From positions 32,001 to 96,000 of the forward strand of contig CAVPKK010000005.1 in NCBI GenBank assembly GCA_963705705.1: 64,000 bases of DNA. The letters are read 5' to 3'. The position numbers were made by a program, and so were the translations under genes. Below are positions 1 through 9,408 of this stretch, piece after piece; position 1 is the first letter of the stretch, and every line of letters begins with the position of its first letter. A model generated the notes under the pieces. The model was not told the origin of the DNA, ran no database searches, and saw only the letters and a program-made list of their open reading frames with translations. Source of the DNA: an uncultured bacterium (GTDB lineage Bacteria; Babelota; Babeliae; Babelales; JABCYS01).

Positions 1-261
1 TGCATCGCTTATGAACCCATCTGGGCCATTGGCACCGGCCAAACGCCAAATATAGATGAAATTGAACAGATTCAAGCATTCATTCGGCAGTTTGTAGAAA
101 CTGAAACTGGTGCGAATACATTCCGCGTAGTATATGGCGGCAGCGTCAACGCTAAGAATTGTGCCGAACTTAAAACAATGATGCCATTTGAAGGTTTTTT
201 GATAGGTAAAGCTAGTTTAGACATACAAGAGTTTGCGCAGATCGTAAATCTGATAGACTAA
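1..261 (+). CDS. tpiA: Triosephosphate isomerase, 3' part (truncated by window edge)
   Basis: Frame 1 reads CIAYEPIWAIGTGQTP...YGGSVN...GFLIGKASL, with TAA at 259-261. Confidence 0.95.
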   Translation, partial: CIAYEPIWAIGTGQTPNIDEIEQIQAFIRQFVETETGANTFRVVYGGSVNAKNCAELKTMMPFEGFLIGKASLDIQEFAQIVNLID

Positions 262-301
262 TATTCGCACTTAAAAATCATTTTCGCTGGAGACGATAAA
301 C

Positions 302-604
302 ATGCTATTTGGTCTTATTATTTTCCTATTCACCGTTATTTGCGCTGTACTTACCCTCATCGTGCTCATCCAAAAGGGCGGCAATAGTATGGGTATGGGC
401 TCAATGGGCGGCAAACAAGTTATGCTATTCGGCGGTTCAGGCGGGCAAGATGTTTTTCAAAAAATAACCTGGGTACTCGGCGCTCTATTCCTTGGTGGTT
501 CACTCGCATTATCAATTTTAAAAACTGAACAGGTTCGCGGCGCTCGTTATTTGACTACGCTAACACCAAAGCCTGTACAAGAGCAGCCACTGCCACAAGG
601 TTAA
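302..604 (+). CDS. secG: Preprotein translocase subunit SecG
   Basis: Two TM helices, VLIQKG..G.G and FG..G motifs; directly follows tpiA (common synteny). Confidence 0.9.
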   Translation: MLFGLIIFLFTVICAVLTLIVLIQKGGNSMGMGSMGGKQVMLFGGSGGQDVFQKITWVLGALFLGGSLALSILKTEQVRGARYLTTLTPKPVQEQPLPQG

Positions 605-631
605 TTCCTTTAACCAAGAAAAAGAGAGGCT

Positions 632-1414
632 ATGGAATTAACAATTTTTGACACCCTCGGCTCATGGGTAATTAACCTACTTAATGAGATGGGGGGCTTC
701 CTGCTTTTTCTTATTAGAACAGTTCGCACTTTGTTTACCACAAAGCTCAAGGTACAAAAAGTTGTTGAGCAGATGAAACAGGTCGGTGTCGACTCTATGA
801 GCATCATCGTACTAACCGGCGTATTCACCGGAATGGTATTTGCATTTCAAACTTATATCGGCTTCCATCGTTTTGGCGGGGAACAGTTTCTTGGCCCGGT
901 TACAGCACTAGCAATGCTTCGTGAACTTGGCCCAGTACTTACTGGCTTAATGGTTACCGGCCGCGCATGTTCTTCGATTGCCGCAGAAATTGGGGCGATG
1001 CAAATTTCAGAGCAAATTGATGCATTAAGAACATTATGCATCAATCCATTTCAATATCTTATGGTTCCCCGCATTCTGGCGGGCATTATTATTTTGCCAT
1101 TTCTTTCATTATTCTGTGCTTTCTTGGGCATCCTAGGCGCCTACATTATTGCTATATATGCTCTTGGGCTTAATCCAAGTCAATTCATTAATATGATCAA
1201 AGAATATGTTGAACTACAAGATATTACTGGTGGTCTTATTAAAGCATCAGTTTTCGGACTCATACTGACTTGGGTGGGCTGCTACAAAGGATATCGAACA
1301 AGCGGTGGTGCGCGAGGTGTAGGTATTTCTACAACTGCAGCCGTGGTACTCAGTTCAACAATAATTTTGGCGGCGAACTATTTTCTAACGGCAGCTTTAT
1401 TTGAGACGACGTAG
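632..1414 (+). CDS. mlaE: MlaE-family ABC permease
   Basis: RELGPVLTGLMVTGR...AEIGAM..SEQIDAL motif. Confidence 0.92.
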   Translation: MELTIFDTLGSWVINLLNEMGGFLLFLIRTVRTLFTTKLKVQKVVEQMKQVGVDSMSIIVLTGVFTGMVFAFQTYIGFHRFGGEQFLGPVTALAMLRELGPVLTGLMVTGRACSSIAAEIGAMQISEQIDALRTLCINPFQYLMVPRILAGIIILPFLSLFCAFLGILGAYIIAIYALGLNPSQFINMIKEYVELQDITGGLIKASVFGLILTWVGCYKGYRTSGGARGVGISTTAAVVLSSTIILAANYFLTAALFETT

Positions 1415-1415
1415 A

Positions 1416-2165
1416 ATGATTAAGTTAGAAGATGTTCGTAAGAAATTTGGCACAAAATGGATAACCCAGGGTGTCAATTTGGAAATCCCGGATAAAAAAA
1501 CCACCTGCATTATGGGGTTATCCGGTGAAGGCAAATCGGTTTTATTAAAGCAAATTATTGGTCTCATTAGACCAGATGAAGGCCATATTTGGGTAGATGG
1601 CACAGATATTACCACCTTGACTGGCGAAGAACTTGATGAAAATTTTAAACGATTTGGCTATGTATTCCAATTCGCTGCACTTTTGGATTCACTGAATGTT
1701 TTTGAAAATGTAGGAATTACATTACTGGAAAATGGCGCACCGAAAAAAGAAGTGCTTGAACAGGTAAAGCAAAAATTGGAATTGGTGCAATTGAATCCCT
1801 CCGATACGCTCTATAAATATCCATCTGAACTTTCAGGGGGTATGCGCAAACGTGTTGGGCTTGCTCGCACACTTCTTACTCACCCACAATACATGTTGTA
1901 TGATGAGCCCACGACTGGACTTGACCCTATTACAACTCGCGTGATTCATGAGCTTATCAAGAACATTCAAGATAAGTATAATTTTACCTCGGTGATTATC
2001 TCTCATGATCTTGAGGTATTTAAATACATCGACTATGTAGCCTTATTGTATCATGGCCAAATCCAGTATTTCGGTGAAGCCAAAACAATCTGGGAATCAA
2101 AGAATCCATATATTTACCAATTTATTCGTGGCCTCAAAGAAGGCCCAATGCAACCGAAGTCGTAG
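1416..2165 (+). CDS. mlaF: MlaF-family ABC ATPase
   Basis: Walker A GLSGEGKS, LSGGMRKRVGLAR, YDEPTTGLDP; ATG at 1416 preferred over TTG at 1401. Confidence 0.9.
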   Translation: MIKLEDVRKKFGTKWITQGVNLEIPDKKTTCIMGLSGEGKSVLLKQIIGLIRPDEGHIWVDGTDITTLTGEELDENFKRFGYVFQFAALLDSLNVFENVGITLLENGAPKKEVLEQVKQKLELVQLNPSDTLYKYPSELSGGMRKRVGLARTLLTHPQYMLYDEPTTGLDPITTRVIHELIKNIQDKYNFTSVIISHDLEVFKYIDYVALLYHGQIQYFGEAKTIWESKNPYIYQFIRGLKEGPMQPKS

Positions 2166-2259
2166 GAATGAAATTGGATCGTAGGGGTTCATTTTAACAA
2201 ACTGATCATAGTCGACTTAATCCTGAGCGATGAGTGTTGTAATCGGAATAAGTGGGCCG

Positions 2260-2316
2260 GAGGGAGATTTTCTCCCTCAAGATGAGGGGGAGGGGTTTTG
2301 GGGAGGGAACGGACCC
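2260..2316. repeat. G-rich dispersed element (family 2): hairpin, GGGAGGGG tract and GAACGGACCC
   Basis: GAGGGAGA-ttt-TCTCCCTC hairpin, then GATGAGGGGGAGGGGTTTTGGGGAGGGAACGGACCC; aligns to 9523-9614. Confidence 0.65.
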
Positions 2317-2360
2317 AAAGTTAAATGCTCTTGGATCCGAAACTTACCTCTATTGCTATG

Positions 2361-2395
2361 CCGCTCGCATCCTTCGACAGGCTCAGGACGAGCGG
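2361..2395. repeat. Palindromic REP/RPE-like element (family 1), intergenic
   Basis: CCGCTCGCATCCTTCGACAGGCTCAGGACGAGCGG; ends are self-complementary. Confidence 0.9.
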
Positions 2396-2511
2396 GTCTT
2401 TTTTATGAGACTGTAATAAATACAACGAACATATGGAATGAGCGCAATTAGCTCAAATAGCTTAAAAAAAACAAAAGTTAATAAGTTTTTATAACAGACC
2501 AGGACTCCATC

Positions 2512-3486
2512 ATGGAAACACAAACACAACCATTTTCAGATCAATATATTAATCAACTAAAAAATGACAGCTCAGCATTCCATCTCTTGCATGCTGAAAT
2601 TAGCAAAGTAATCGTAGGCCAACATGAGACGGTACCTTTTGTTCTCATGGCAATCCTATGCAATGGCCATATCCTGCTTGAAGGGGTACCAGGCGTTGCC
2701 AAAACGACGTTAATCAAAACAGTAAGCTCTGCCCTGGGATTATCATTCAAGCGAATTCAATTTACACCAGATCTCTTGCCCGCCGATTTGATTGGTACGC
2801 TCATTTACAATCAAAAAACACAAGAGTTTGAAACGCGCAAAGGTCCAATTTTCGCCCATTTGGTTTTAGCCGATGAAATAAACCGTGCTCCGGCAAAAGT
2901 GCAATCAGCTCTTTTAGAAGCAATGCAAGAGCGACAGGTAACCTTGGGTAATAACACGTACAAACTTGATGACCCATTCCTGGTATTTGCCACGCAAAAT
3001 CCAATTGAACAGGAAGGTACGTACCGACTTCCAGAAGCACAGGTAGACCGCTTCATGTTCAAACTTAATATTACCTACCCTACCAGTTCCGAAGAACGGG
3101 AGATTGTGCGACGCCAATCAGCACCAGTTAATGTGAATCAAGTGTTGAGCAGGGACGCAATTAATCAAGCGCAAGAATTGGTTAAGCATATTTACGTGAA
3201 TGAGAAGATTGTCGATTATATTGTAAACCTGGTACAAGCAACTCGTACTACTGAAAAAGCACTCATTCAATGTGGTGCTTCGCCCCGGGCTACCATTAAT
3301 TTACATCTCGCCGCTCGTGCGCATGCCTTCCTAAAAGGACGTCATTTTGTTACTCCTGATGATGTTAAAACCATAGCTCCAGCTGTGTTGCGACATCGCA
3401 TTTCGCTTTCCTATGAAGCTGAGGCATCTCACGTAAGCAGTGATGAAATTGTACGCAAAATCTTAGCTACAGTGCCGTCGCCGTAA
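2512..3486 (+). CDS. moxR: MoxR-family AAA+ ATPase
   Basis: GHILLEGVPGVAKT, RIQFTPDLLPAD, LADEINRAPAKVQSALLEAM, ATQNPIEQEGTY. Confidence 0.93.
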   Translation: METQTQPFSDQYINQLKNDSSAFHLLHAEISKVIVGQHETVPFVLMAILCNGHILLEGVPGVAKTTLIKTVSSALGLSFKRIQFTPDLLPADLIGTLIYNQKTQEFETRKGPIFAHLVLADEINRAPAKVQSALLEAMQERQVTLGNNTYKLDDPFLVFATQNPIEQEGTYRLPEAQVDRFMFKLNITYPTSSEEREIVRRQSAPVNVNQVLSRDAINQAQELVKHIYVNEKIVDYIVNLVQATRTTEKALIQCGASPRATINLHLAARAHAFLKGRHFVTPDDVKTIAPAVLRHRISLSYEAEASHVSSDEIVRKILATVPSP

Positions 3487-3515
3487 TTGACCCAATCTTG
3501 GTTTGAAGGTATTGT
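3487..3515 (+). promoter_or_regulatory. Putative sigma70 promoter of the T2SS operon
   Basis: TTGACC-N17-TATTGT upstream of AAGGA and ATG 3554. Confidence 0.5.
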
Positions 3516-3553
3516 GGGCACGCTTAAGCTTATTCCCTTAAAAAGGATCGTTA

Positions 3554-4687
3554 ATGCGTCAACCGGTGTGGATTGTAAATAGCGCGCTTGCGGTATTGCT
3601 GCTTCTGGCAGTGGTTATCGTCTTGCTTACCCGAACGAAACCACCGCGTCTTGCATCCATTGAGCCATCGGGTTATGAAAAGCCCATAAAAAAACAGGTT
3701 CCTGAAACGGTAATCGCTAAAATTTATGAGAATGATTTATTCGGGACGTATCAAAAACCGATCATAGCCACGCCTCAAGAGAAACCGATAGTTGCGCCGT
3801 TACCAGCACCGCCATCAACCATTCAAACCGTAATGCCCCAAATCCCTCAGCCTCATTTCCTTGAGCCGCTGCAACTGACGGTAAAAGGAATGATCCTTGC
3901 CGGAGATGATCAAAAAAATCGTGCGCTCATTGAACAAAATAAAACGAAACAAGAAACCTTGTATAAAATTGGTGATCGCATAGAGGATGCTCAGCTTCTG
4001 CGCATTTTTAAAAATCGCGTAGTCTTTATTCGCTCAAATGGACAAGAAGAAACATTATACTTACGTGAGCGAGAGGCAAAAGATTCACCATTCGCGCCAC
4101 GCACTGAGCGTTGGGATGGCGTCATTAAGAAATTGGCGAATACTGAATTTGTAGTTGACCCGTCAGCCTTCATTGCACATATACCATCACTCGCATCACT
4201 CATTAGTGAGCTTGATATGCTTACGGTATATCGAAAAGGCAAGCCAGTTGGTGTACGCATCGGGCACATAGAAGCTGATTCGGTCGGTCCGCAGCTTGGC
4301 TTACAAGCAGGCGATATTATTACAAAGATCAACAATGAACCGGTAGCAGATCTCAGCCAACGACTGGCTATATATCAAAAAGTTATTTCACAACCAGTTG
4401 GTTCATCAGTTACCGTTACCCTTTCGCGCTATAAGCGTCCACTCACTATGACCTATAAACTCGAAAGTTTTGGAAAAAAGACCACGTTTGAAGCTAAGGC
4501 TAACCAGCTGCAGCCGACAGAAGAAGATATTCTGGCAGAAAAAATGCAAGAAATGCATAAGCGACATACCTTTGCGCCGTCGCTCTCCGAGATTAGAAAA
4601 CAAGAAAAGCGCGTTATACTTGAGAAGGTAAAGCGCAAGGATCGGGTTGAGGCTGTTAAAAACCGCCCGATAAATCAAGAGATCTAG
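3554..4687 (+). CDS. gspC: Type II secretion protein GspC-like (TM, HR and PDZ domains)
   Basis: N-terminal TM; L.G.I...ALI..Y.IGD HR-like segment; GLQAGDIITKIN PDZ; precedes a secretin. Confidence 0.8.
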   Translation: MRQPVWIVNSALAVLLLLAVVIVLLTRTKPPRLASIEPSGYEKPIKKQVPETVIAKIYENDLFGTYQKPIIATPQEKPIVAPLPAPPSTIQTVMPQIPQPHFLEPLQLTVKGMILAGDDQKNRALIEQNKTKQETLYKIGDRIEDAQLLRIFKNRVVFIRSNGQEETLYLREREAKDSPFAPRTERWDGVIKKLANTEFVVDPSAFIAHIPSLASLISELDMLTVYRKGKPVGVRIGHIEADSVGPQLGLQAGDIITKINNEPVADLSQRLAIYQKVISQPVGSSVTVTLSRYKRPLTMTYKLESFGKKTTFEAKANQLQPTEEDILAEKMQEMHKRHTFAPSLSEIRKQEKRVILEKVKRKDRVEAVKNRPINQEI

Positions 4688-4688
4688 C

Positions 4689-7247
4689 ATGATTGCCAAA
4701 ACAAGTTCTTTTCTCTTATGGCTCTTAACTATCACTCAGGCAGTTATGCCTGCAGTGGCATTTGCCAAACCTGCCGCAAAACCTGCGCCGGAAGCTACGC
4801 CAACTAATGTGCTTTCGCCAAGTGAGGAAGAGGCAATAACTAAAGAAGTAACTGCTTTACTTGAAAAAGGGCCGGCTGAAGGCGTGGCAAATATTGAATT
4901 TAATTTTGAAAATGCAGATTTACAAACATTGCTCAATTATATCGCTGAGTTATTTGATATCTCATTTATTCCTGATGATTCAATCGCACCAATGCTCCAG
5001 GGTGGTAAAGGAGTAGCTGGTAATAAAGTTACATTCCGCACGAATCGTCCGATGACCAAAAAAGGGGTTTGGGCATTATTTACCAGCTTCCTTGATGTTG
5101 CAGGCTTGGCACTAGCCCTCACACCTGAAAAGAGAACATACAGATTAACAGGCGCACCGGCCGCTCAAAAGATGGCCCTGCAAACCTTTATTGGCGTAGA
5201 CTCTGAAACCCTGCCTGAAGATGATATGCGTATTCGGTATGTCTATTTTTTAAAAAATGCTTCAGTCGATAGTATCAAGCCAATAGTTGAACAATTGCGT
5301 GGCACTACCTCATCATTCACTGCCTTTATTCCTTTACAAGCCATTATTATAACCGACAAGTCATATAACATTCGGGCGCTCATGAAAATTGTACGTGAGC
5401 TCGACAAGGCAAGCCCGCCGGAAGTAATGTCGGTAATTAAACTCAAAAATACGGGCGCTGAAGATGTAAAAAAACTGTATGACGCTCTCACCCAGGGCGA
5501 GGATCAGCGCAATATGGTTGCGCGTATCTTTGGCGCACGTCGCCAGGCAGAATCTTTCATATTCCCTGAAGGTACTCGCGTTATTTCAGAACCACGCACA
5601 AATGCACTTATTGTATTAGGCGTCAAAGACGCGGTAGATAAAATTGAAGATTTTGTGCGCAAGGTAGATACCGAAATTGTAGAGGAAACTTCTCCGTTCT
5701 ATATCTATGAACTGCAACATACTGATGCGCTCACAATGGCCGACATCATGAATAAGGTAACCCAATACGGCATTGGCACAGTAGCCGGGCAAGCAGGTGG
5801 CGTACGTGAAGGGGAAAAATATTTTAAACCAATCACATTCACACCCGAAAAAAGTGGTAACCGCCTTATTGTTCGTGGTGATTATGAAGATTACATCAAA
5901 GCAAAAGAAGTAATTGAAAAATTAGATGTGATGCAGCCACAAATAGGATTGGAAGTACTCGTAGTAACGGTTGATAATACACAAAATAGACAACTTGGTA
6001 CGGCAATGCGCAATCAACGGCCGGATACGTTGGCAAATAATGTTAATTTCCAAAGCACCTTTTTCAATACGGCGCCTGTAATTAATCCAACCACCGGCAG
6101 CATCATGGCTGATTTGATTGGTCTTGCTACATCAGCTGCGCAGGGAAGCTTCTTGCTCTCACTTGGTGCCGATACTAATATTTGGGCGATCTTCCAATGC
6201 CTTTCAAAATATACTGCCTCAACCATCGTATCTAATCCATTTCTTGTAACGGCCAATAAATACAAAGCGACAGTTTCTTTGGGCCAAACGCGTCGCGTGC
6301 TTACTTCAACTGTAACCTCTGGCGGTGCTACAACGCAAGGCCAAGATGATCTGTCTGCAAATCTTGAGGTTGTTATTATTCCTCAAATTAATAGTGATGG
6401 GCTCATTACGCTTGAAATATCGGTACATGATGACCAATTTACTTCTCCCGTTACAGCGCTACCTGCAATTGCTAATACAACACGCCGCGTTGTAGATACA
6501 AAAGCAATTGTAGCCGATAAGGAAGTGCTCGCACTTGGCGGTCTTATTCAAACTCAGGTTGATGAAGCTGGTAATACTATTCCGCTGCTCGGCCAGATCC
6601 CAATAATAGGATGGTTGTTTAAAAGCAAAAGTAAGGCGGCTATTACATCAAATCTCCTTATCTTTATCTCACCGCATATTATTCAGCCCAAAATAGGTGG
6701 CGGCTCCAATAACTATACGCTGCGCAAAAGTGAATATGCACGACGAACTGCCCGCCAGATGGAATATCCGGAGGAAAGCCGTGATCCTGTGTATCGTTGG
6801 TTCTTTAGGGGTGAAAAGCCTGATCAAGAAATCAATGATTTCATATCGCGCAAACATTTCGCAACCGTTGAGGATATGAGTAACTTCTATGAAAACCGTA
6901 CAACCGTTGAAAAACCAGTATATCAACGTGCCGCGGGAGCACGAGCAGAGTTTCAAGAACAAAAGCTTATAAAGCGCGCGAAAAAAAATCGCAGCCATCT
7001 GATCGCCGATGCTGAACTAGCTAAGGATTCGGCTGCACTTAAATTAGCAGATGCAGGGACAGCCGCTCGTCCCGAGCCTGGCCCTTCGATACATTTTGCT
7101 GCGCAAAACACTCAGGGTGATCGGCTCGTTGGAAAACGCTCCGTTCTAGACTTTTTTGATGAAGGCGCACAAACAAAATTACCCCAAGCAGGGCCAGTTA
7201 TCCTCAGCTCGAAAGACCATATGCCTGAGCGAAAGGGGATCGCATGA
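4689..7247 (+). CDS. gspD: Type II secretion secretin GspD (copy 1)
   Basis: Signal peptide, FNFENADL N0, N-domain repeats (EPRTNALIVLG), LALGGLI...IPLLGQIPIIGWLF...NLLIFISPHII. Confidence 0.9.
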   Translation: MIAKTSSFLLWLLTITQAVMPAVAFAKPAAKPAPEATPTNVLSPSEEEAITKEVTALLEKGPAEGVANIEFNFENADLQTLLNYIAELFDISFIPDDSIAPMLQGGKGVAGNKVTFRTNRPMTKKGVWALFTSFLDVAGLALALTPEKRTYRLTGAPAAQKMALQTFIGVDSETLPEDDMRIRYVYFLKNASVDSIKPIVEQLRGTTSSFTAFIPLQAIIITDKSYNIRALMKIVRELDKASPPEVMSVIKLKNTGAEDVKKLYDALTQGEDQRNMVARIFGARRQAESFIFPEGTRVISEPRTNALIVLGVKDAVDKIEDFVRKVDTEIVEETSPFYIYELQHTDALTMADIMNKVTQYGIGTVAGQAGGVREGEKYFKPITFTPEKSGNRLIVRGDYEDYIKAKEVIEKLDVMQPQIGLEVLVVTVDNTQNRQLGTAMRNQRPDTLANNVNFQSTFFNTAPVINPTTGSIMADLIGLATSAAQGSFLLSLGADTNIWAIFQCLSKYTASTIVSNPFLVTANKYKATVSLGQTRRVLTSTVTSGGATTQGQDDLSANLEVVIIPQINSDGLITLEISVHDDQFTSPVTALPAIANTTRRVVDTKAIVADKEVLALGGLIQTQVDEAGNTIPLLGQIPIIGWLFKSKSKAAITSNLLIFISPHIIQPKIGGGSNNYTLRKSEYARRTARQMEYPEESRDPVYRWFFRGEKPDQEINDFISRKHFATVEDMSNFYENRTTVEKPVYQRAAGARAEFQEQKLIKRAKKNRSHLIADAELAKDSAALKLADAGTAARPEPGPSIHFAAQNTQGDRLVGKRSVLDFFDEGAQTKLPQAGPVILSSKDHMPERKGIA
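7063..7132. repeat. Nested family-1 element in frame within the gspD1 C-terminal tail
   Basis: CCGCTCGTCCCGAGCCTG (reverse arm), then CCCTTCGATACATTTTGCTGCGCAAAACACTCAGGGTGATCGG, which is nearly identical to 50937-50980. Confidence 0.88.
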
Positions 7248-8851
7248 TAAAAAACATTTTCTTGCCAGAGAAAATTGGTTCGTACTTTTTCTTCCCCCAG
7301 CGCATCATAGGCTTTGATATCGGCAAAACCCAAATTACCGCAACGGTTGTGCATGCTAAGGGAAATGTGCGAACGATTGAACGGATTATTCATCATACCT
7401 TGACGACTACTGCTGCTACGTATGAAGAACGCGTCAGCGCAGGGATAGCTACTATTTGTGGTGAAGTTGGTAAGTATGACACTATTGTATGTGGCATTTC
7501 ATCATCTATTATCTTTTTTAAAGAGCTTACTATTCCTTTTACCCAACGTGATAAAATTGAAAAAGTGCTGCCATTTGAAATTGAATCATTACTACCCTTT
7601 CCGGCCGAACAAGCTGTTTTAGATTTCATTATAACGAAGATAGATGGCTCTCAAGCCAATATCATGGTCGGCGCAGTTCAACGGAATCAAATAGAAGAAT
7701 ACAGAGCATTATTTACGCAGGCGGGCGTAACACTGACTAGATTGGTTATTGATCTCTTTGCATTGTATGGCCTCTATCGCGAGATTCCCGTATATCGTGA
7801 TACGCAGGGCGCGGTTGCTTTGGTTAACATTGGTTTTTCAAACTCACGCATTGCCTTCATTCATGATGGCCAATTAAAATATATTCGTTCAATGCCAAAG
7901 GGTATCGGTTCAATGCTCCGGCCAATTACAGAATTAGGCATCCCAACCGCCGAAGCTCATGAACTATTACTCCGATACGGTATTAATAAAAATGACGACG
8001 CTGCTTATAGTAAGGCCGCCAAAACTGGACTCGATGATTTACTCTCTGCCCTAACTTTTACCATGCAAACTTTCTTGCAACGACTGAATCTGCAAACGGT
8101 AGCCACCACGTTGCTCTCGGGTGGCGGTGCTGAGATAAAAGATATTGGTCATGATATTGCGCAGCGATTAAATAGTAAGGTTGAAGTATTTTCCGCTGAT
8201 CAACTATTTACCTTGCCTTCCTACCGTATAAATGGACAAAAGCATATCTCTCCTATGGCCATTATGAGCACAGCGATAGCCCTGCCAACACCAACTATGG
8301 AATATAGTAATTTACTCACAACGGCAGGAGAAGAAGAGACATCCTTACTTACCAAGCAAGCCATCGTAGCAGGCACACTTGTTGCCGTCATACTATTGCT
8401 GTTAATTGGCAACAGCTACTGGCAATCGCGGACATTATCCAATGCGCTTTCCAAAGGGCAAAAACAGGTGATTAGAACTTTGGAAGCTGAATCAGAACTC
8501 AAGATTTCAGGAGTTCGACGTGTAACCGAGGCAGTCGATACTGCTCGCTCGCGCGTGGAAGAACACAAAAAAGTTTGGGGTTCATTCGCCTCACGTACAA
8601 GGTCTTCATTCTTGACCTATTTGCAGAAATTATCGGTAGCTATAGATAAGCAGGCAATTGGCTTAGAGCTTAAGAAATTAGATATTAACCACGAACGTAT
8701 TACATTGCAGGGCCGTGTGCGCAATATTCCTGCATTGATTATTCTTGAAGAAGAATTGCGTCAAGCAAACCTTGGCACATTCATCAACCCACAAGAGCCA
8801 ACCTTTAACATTGTTATCACCCTCAAAAAAGAGTTGGAGGAGTGCAGTTAA
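7244..8851 (+). CDS. PilM/GspL-like T2SS platform protein (actin-like domain, TM, periplasmic part)
   Basis: IIGFDIG, FEIESLLPF, ALVNIG, LLSGGGA motifs, then a TM and a PilN-like tail. Confidence 0.8.
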   Translation: MIKNIFLPEKIGSYFFFPQRIIGFDIGKTQITATVVHAKGNVRTIERIIHHTLTTTAATYEERVSAGIATICGEVGKYDTIVCGISSSIIFFKELTIPFTQRDKIEKVLPFEIESLLPFPAEQAVLDFIITKIDGSQANIMVGAVQRNQIEEYRALFTQAGVTLTRLVIDLFALYGLYREIPVYRDTQGAVALVNIGFSNSRIAFIHDGQLKYIRSMPKGIGSMLRPITELGIPTAEAHELLLRYGINKNDDAAYSKAAKTGLDDLLSALTFTMQTFLQRLNLQTVATTLLSGGGAEIKDIGHDIAQRLNSKVEVFSADQLFTLPSYRINGQKHISPMAIMSTAIALPTPTMEYSNLLTTAGEEETSLLTKQAIVAGTLVAVILLLLIGNSYWQSRTLSNALSKGQKQVIRTLEAESELKISGVRRVTEAVDTARSRVEEHKKVWGSFASRTRSSFLTYLQKLSVAIDKQAIGLELKKLDINHERITLQGRVRNIPALIILEEELRQANLGTFINPQEPTFNIVITLKKELEECS

Positions 8852-9408
8852 TGGTTACTGAACTGAATAAATTTTTATCAGAGCTTGATACCCATACTTT
8901 TTATAAATATGTAGCTGGCTTTTTGGCGGCTATTATATTGATCATGGGCATTATTTTGTTCATGCATCACCGCAAGGTTAATACCCTCAAAACACAAATT
9001 AGCAAGCTTAATACGCAACGCGATGAGGTGCAGCACCTGCTCAGCACCTTTGCATGCGTAAAGACCCAAAAGACTGAGGTCGAGGCTTTACTCGAAAAAG
9101 ATAAAAATTTCAAAATTGTTGGCTATATTGACGATCTTCTTACTTCATTAGCATTAGCTGGGAATAAAACTGGGTTGCAGCAATCAGAAGAATCGTTAGA
9201 AAATATCGGGCCTTATACTGAAATAAAAGTAGTCGTTACACTTTCTGACATTAGCATGCGCCAATTGTCTGAGCTGTTACAGCAAATTGAAAAAAATGAA
9301 CGCGTACATATGACCGCACTTACTATTACAAAGTCGCCAACCAAACCTACTATAGATGTAACACTTACCATTGGTACGGTACAATCACGTGCCGAGGAGG
9401 TTACATGA
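8851..9408 (+). CDS. GspM/PilO-like T2SS protein
   Basis: TM, coiled coil and ferredoxin-like tail (V.L..ISMRQLSELLQQIE); position in operon. Start may be GTG 8842 or ATG 8851. Confidence 0.7.
   Translation: MVTELNKFLSELDTHTFYKYVAGFLAAIILIMGIILFMHHRKVNTLKTQISKLNTQRDEVQHLLSTFACVKTQKTEVEALLEKDKNFKIVGYIDDLLTSLALAGNKTGLQQSEESLENIGPYTEIKVVVTLSDISMRQLSELLQQIEKNERVHMTALTITKSPTKPTIDVTLTIGTVQSRAEEVT

Noticed and set aside
2230..2451. 73-aa ORF
   Set aside because: It is made almost entirely of family-2 and family-1 repeat DNA and is probably not a gene.
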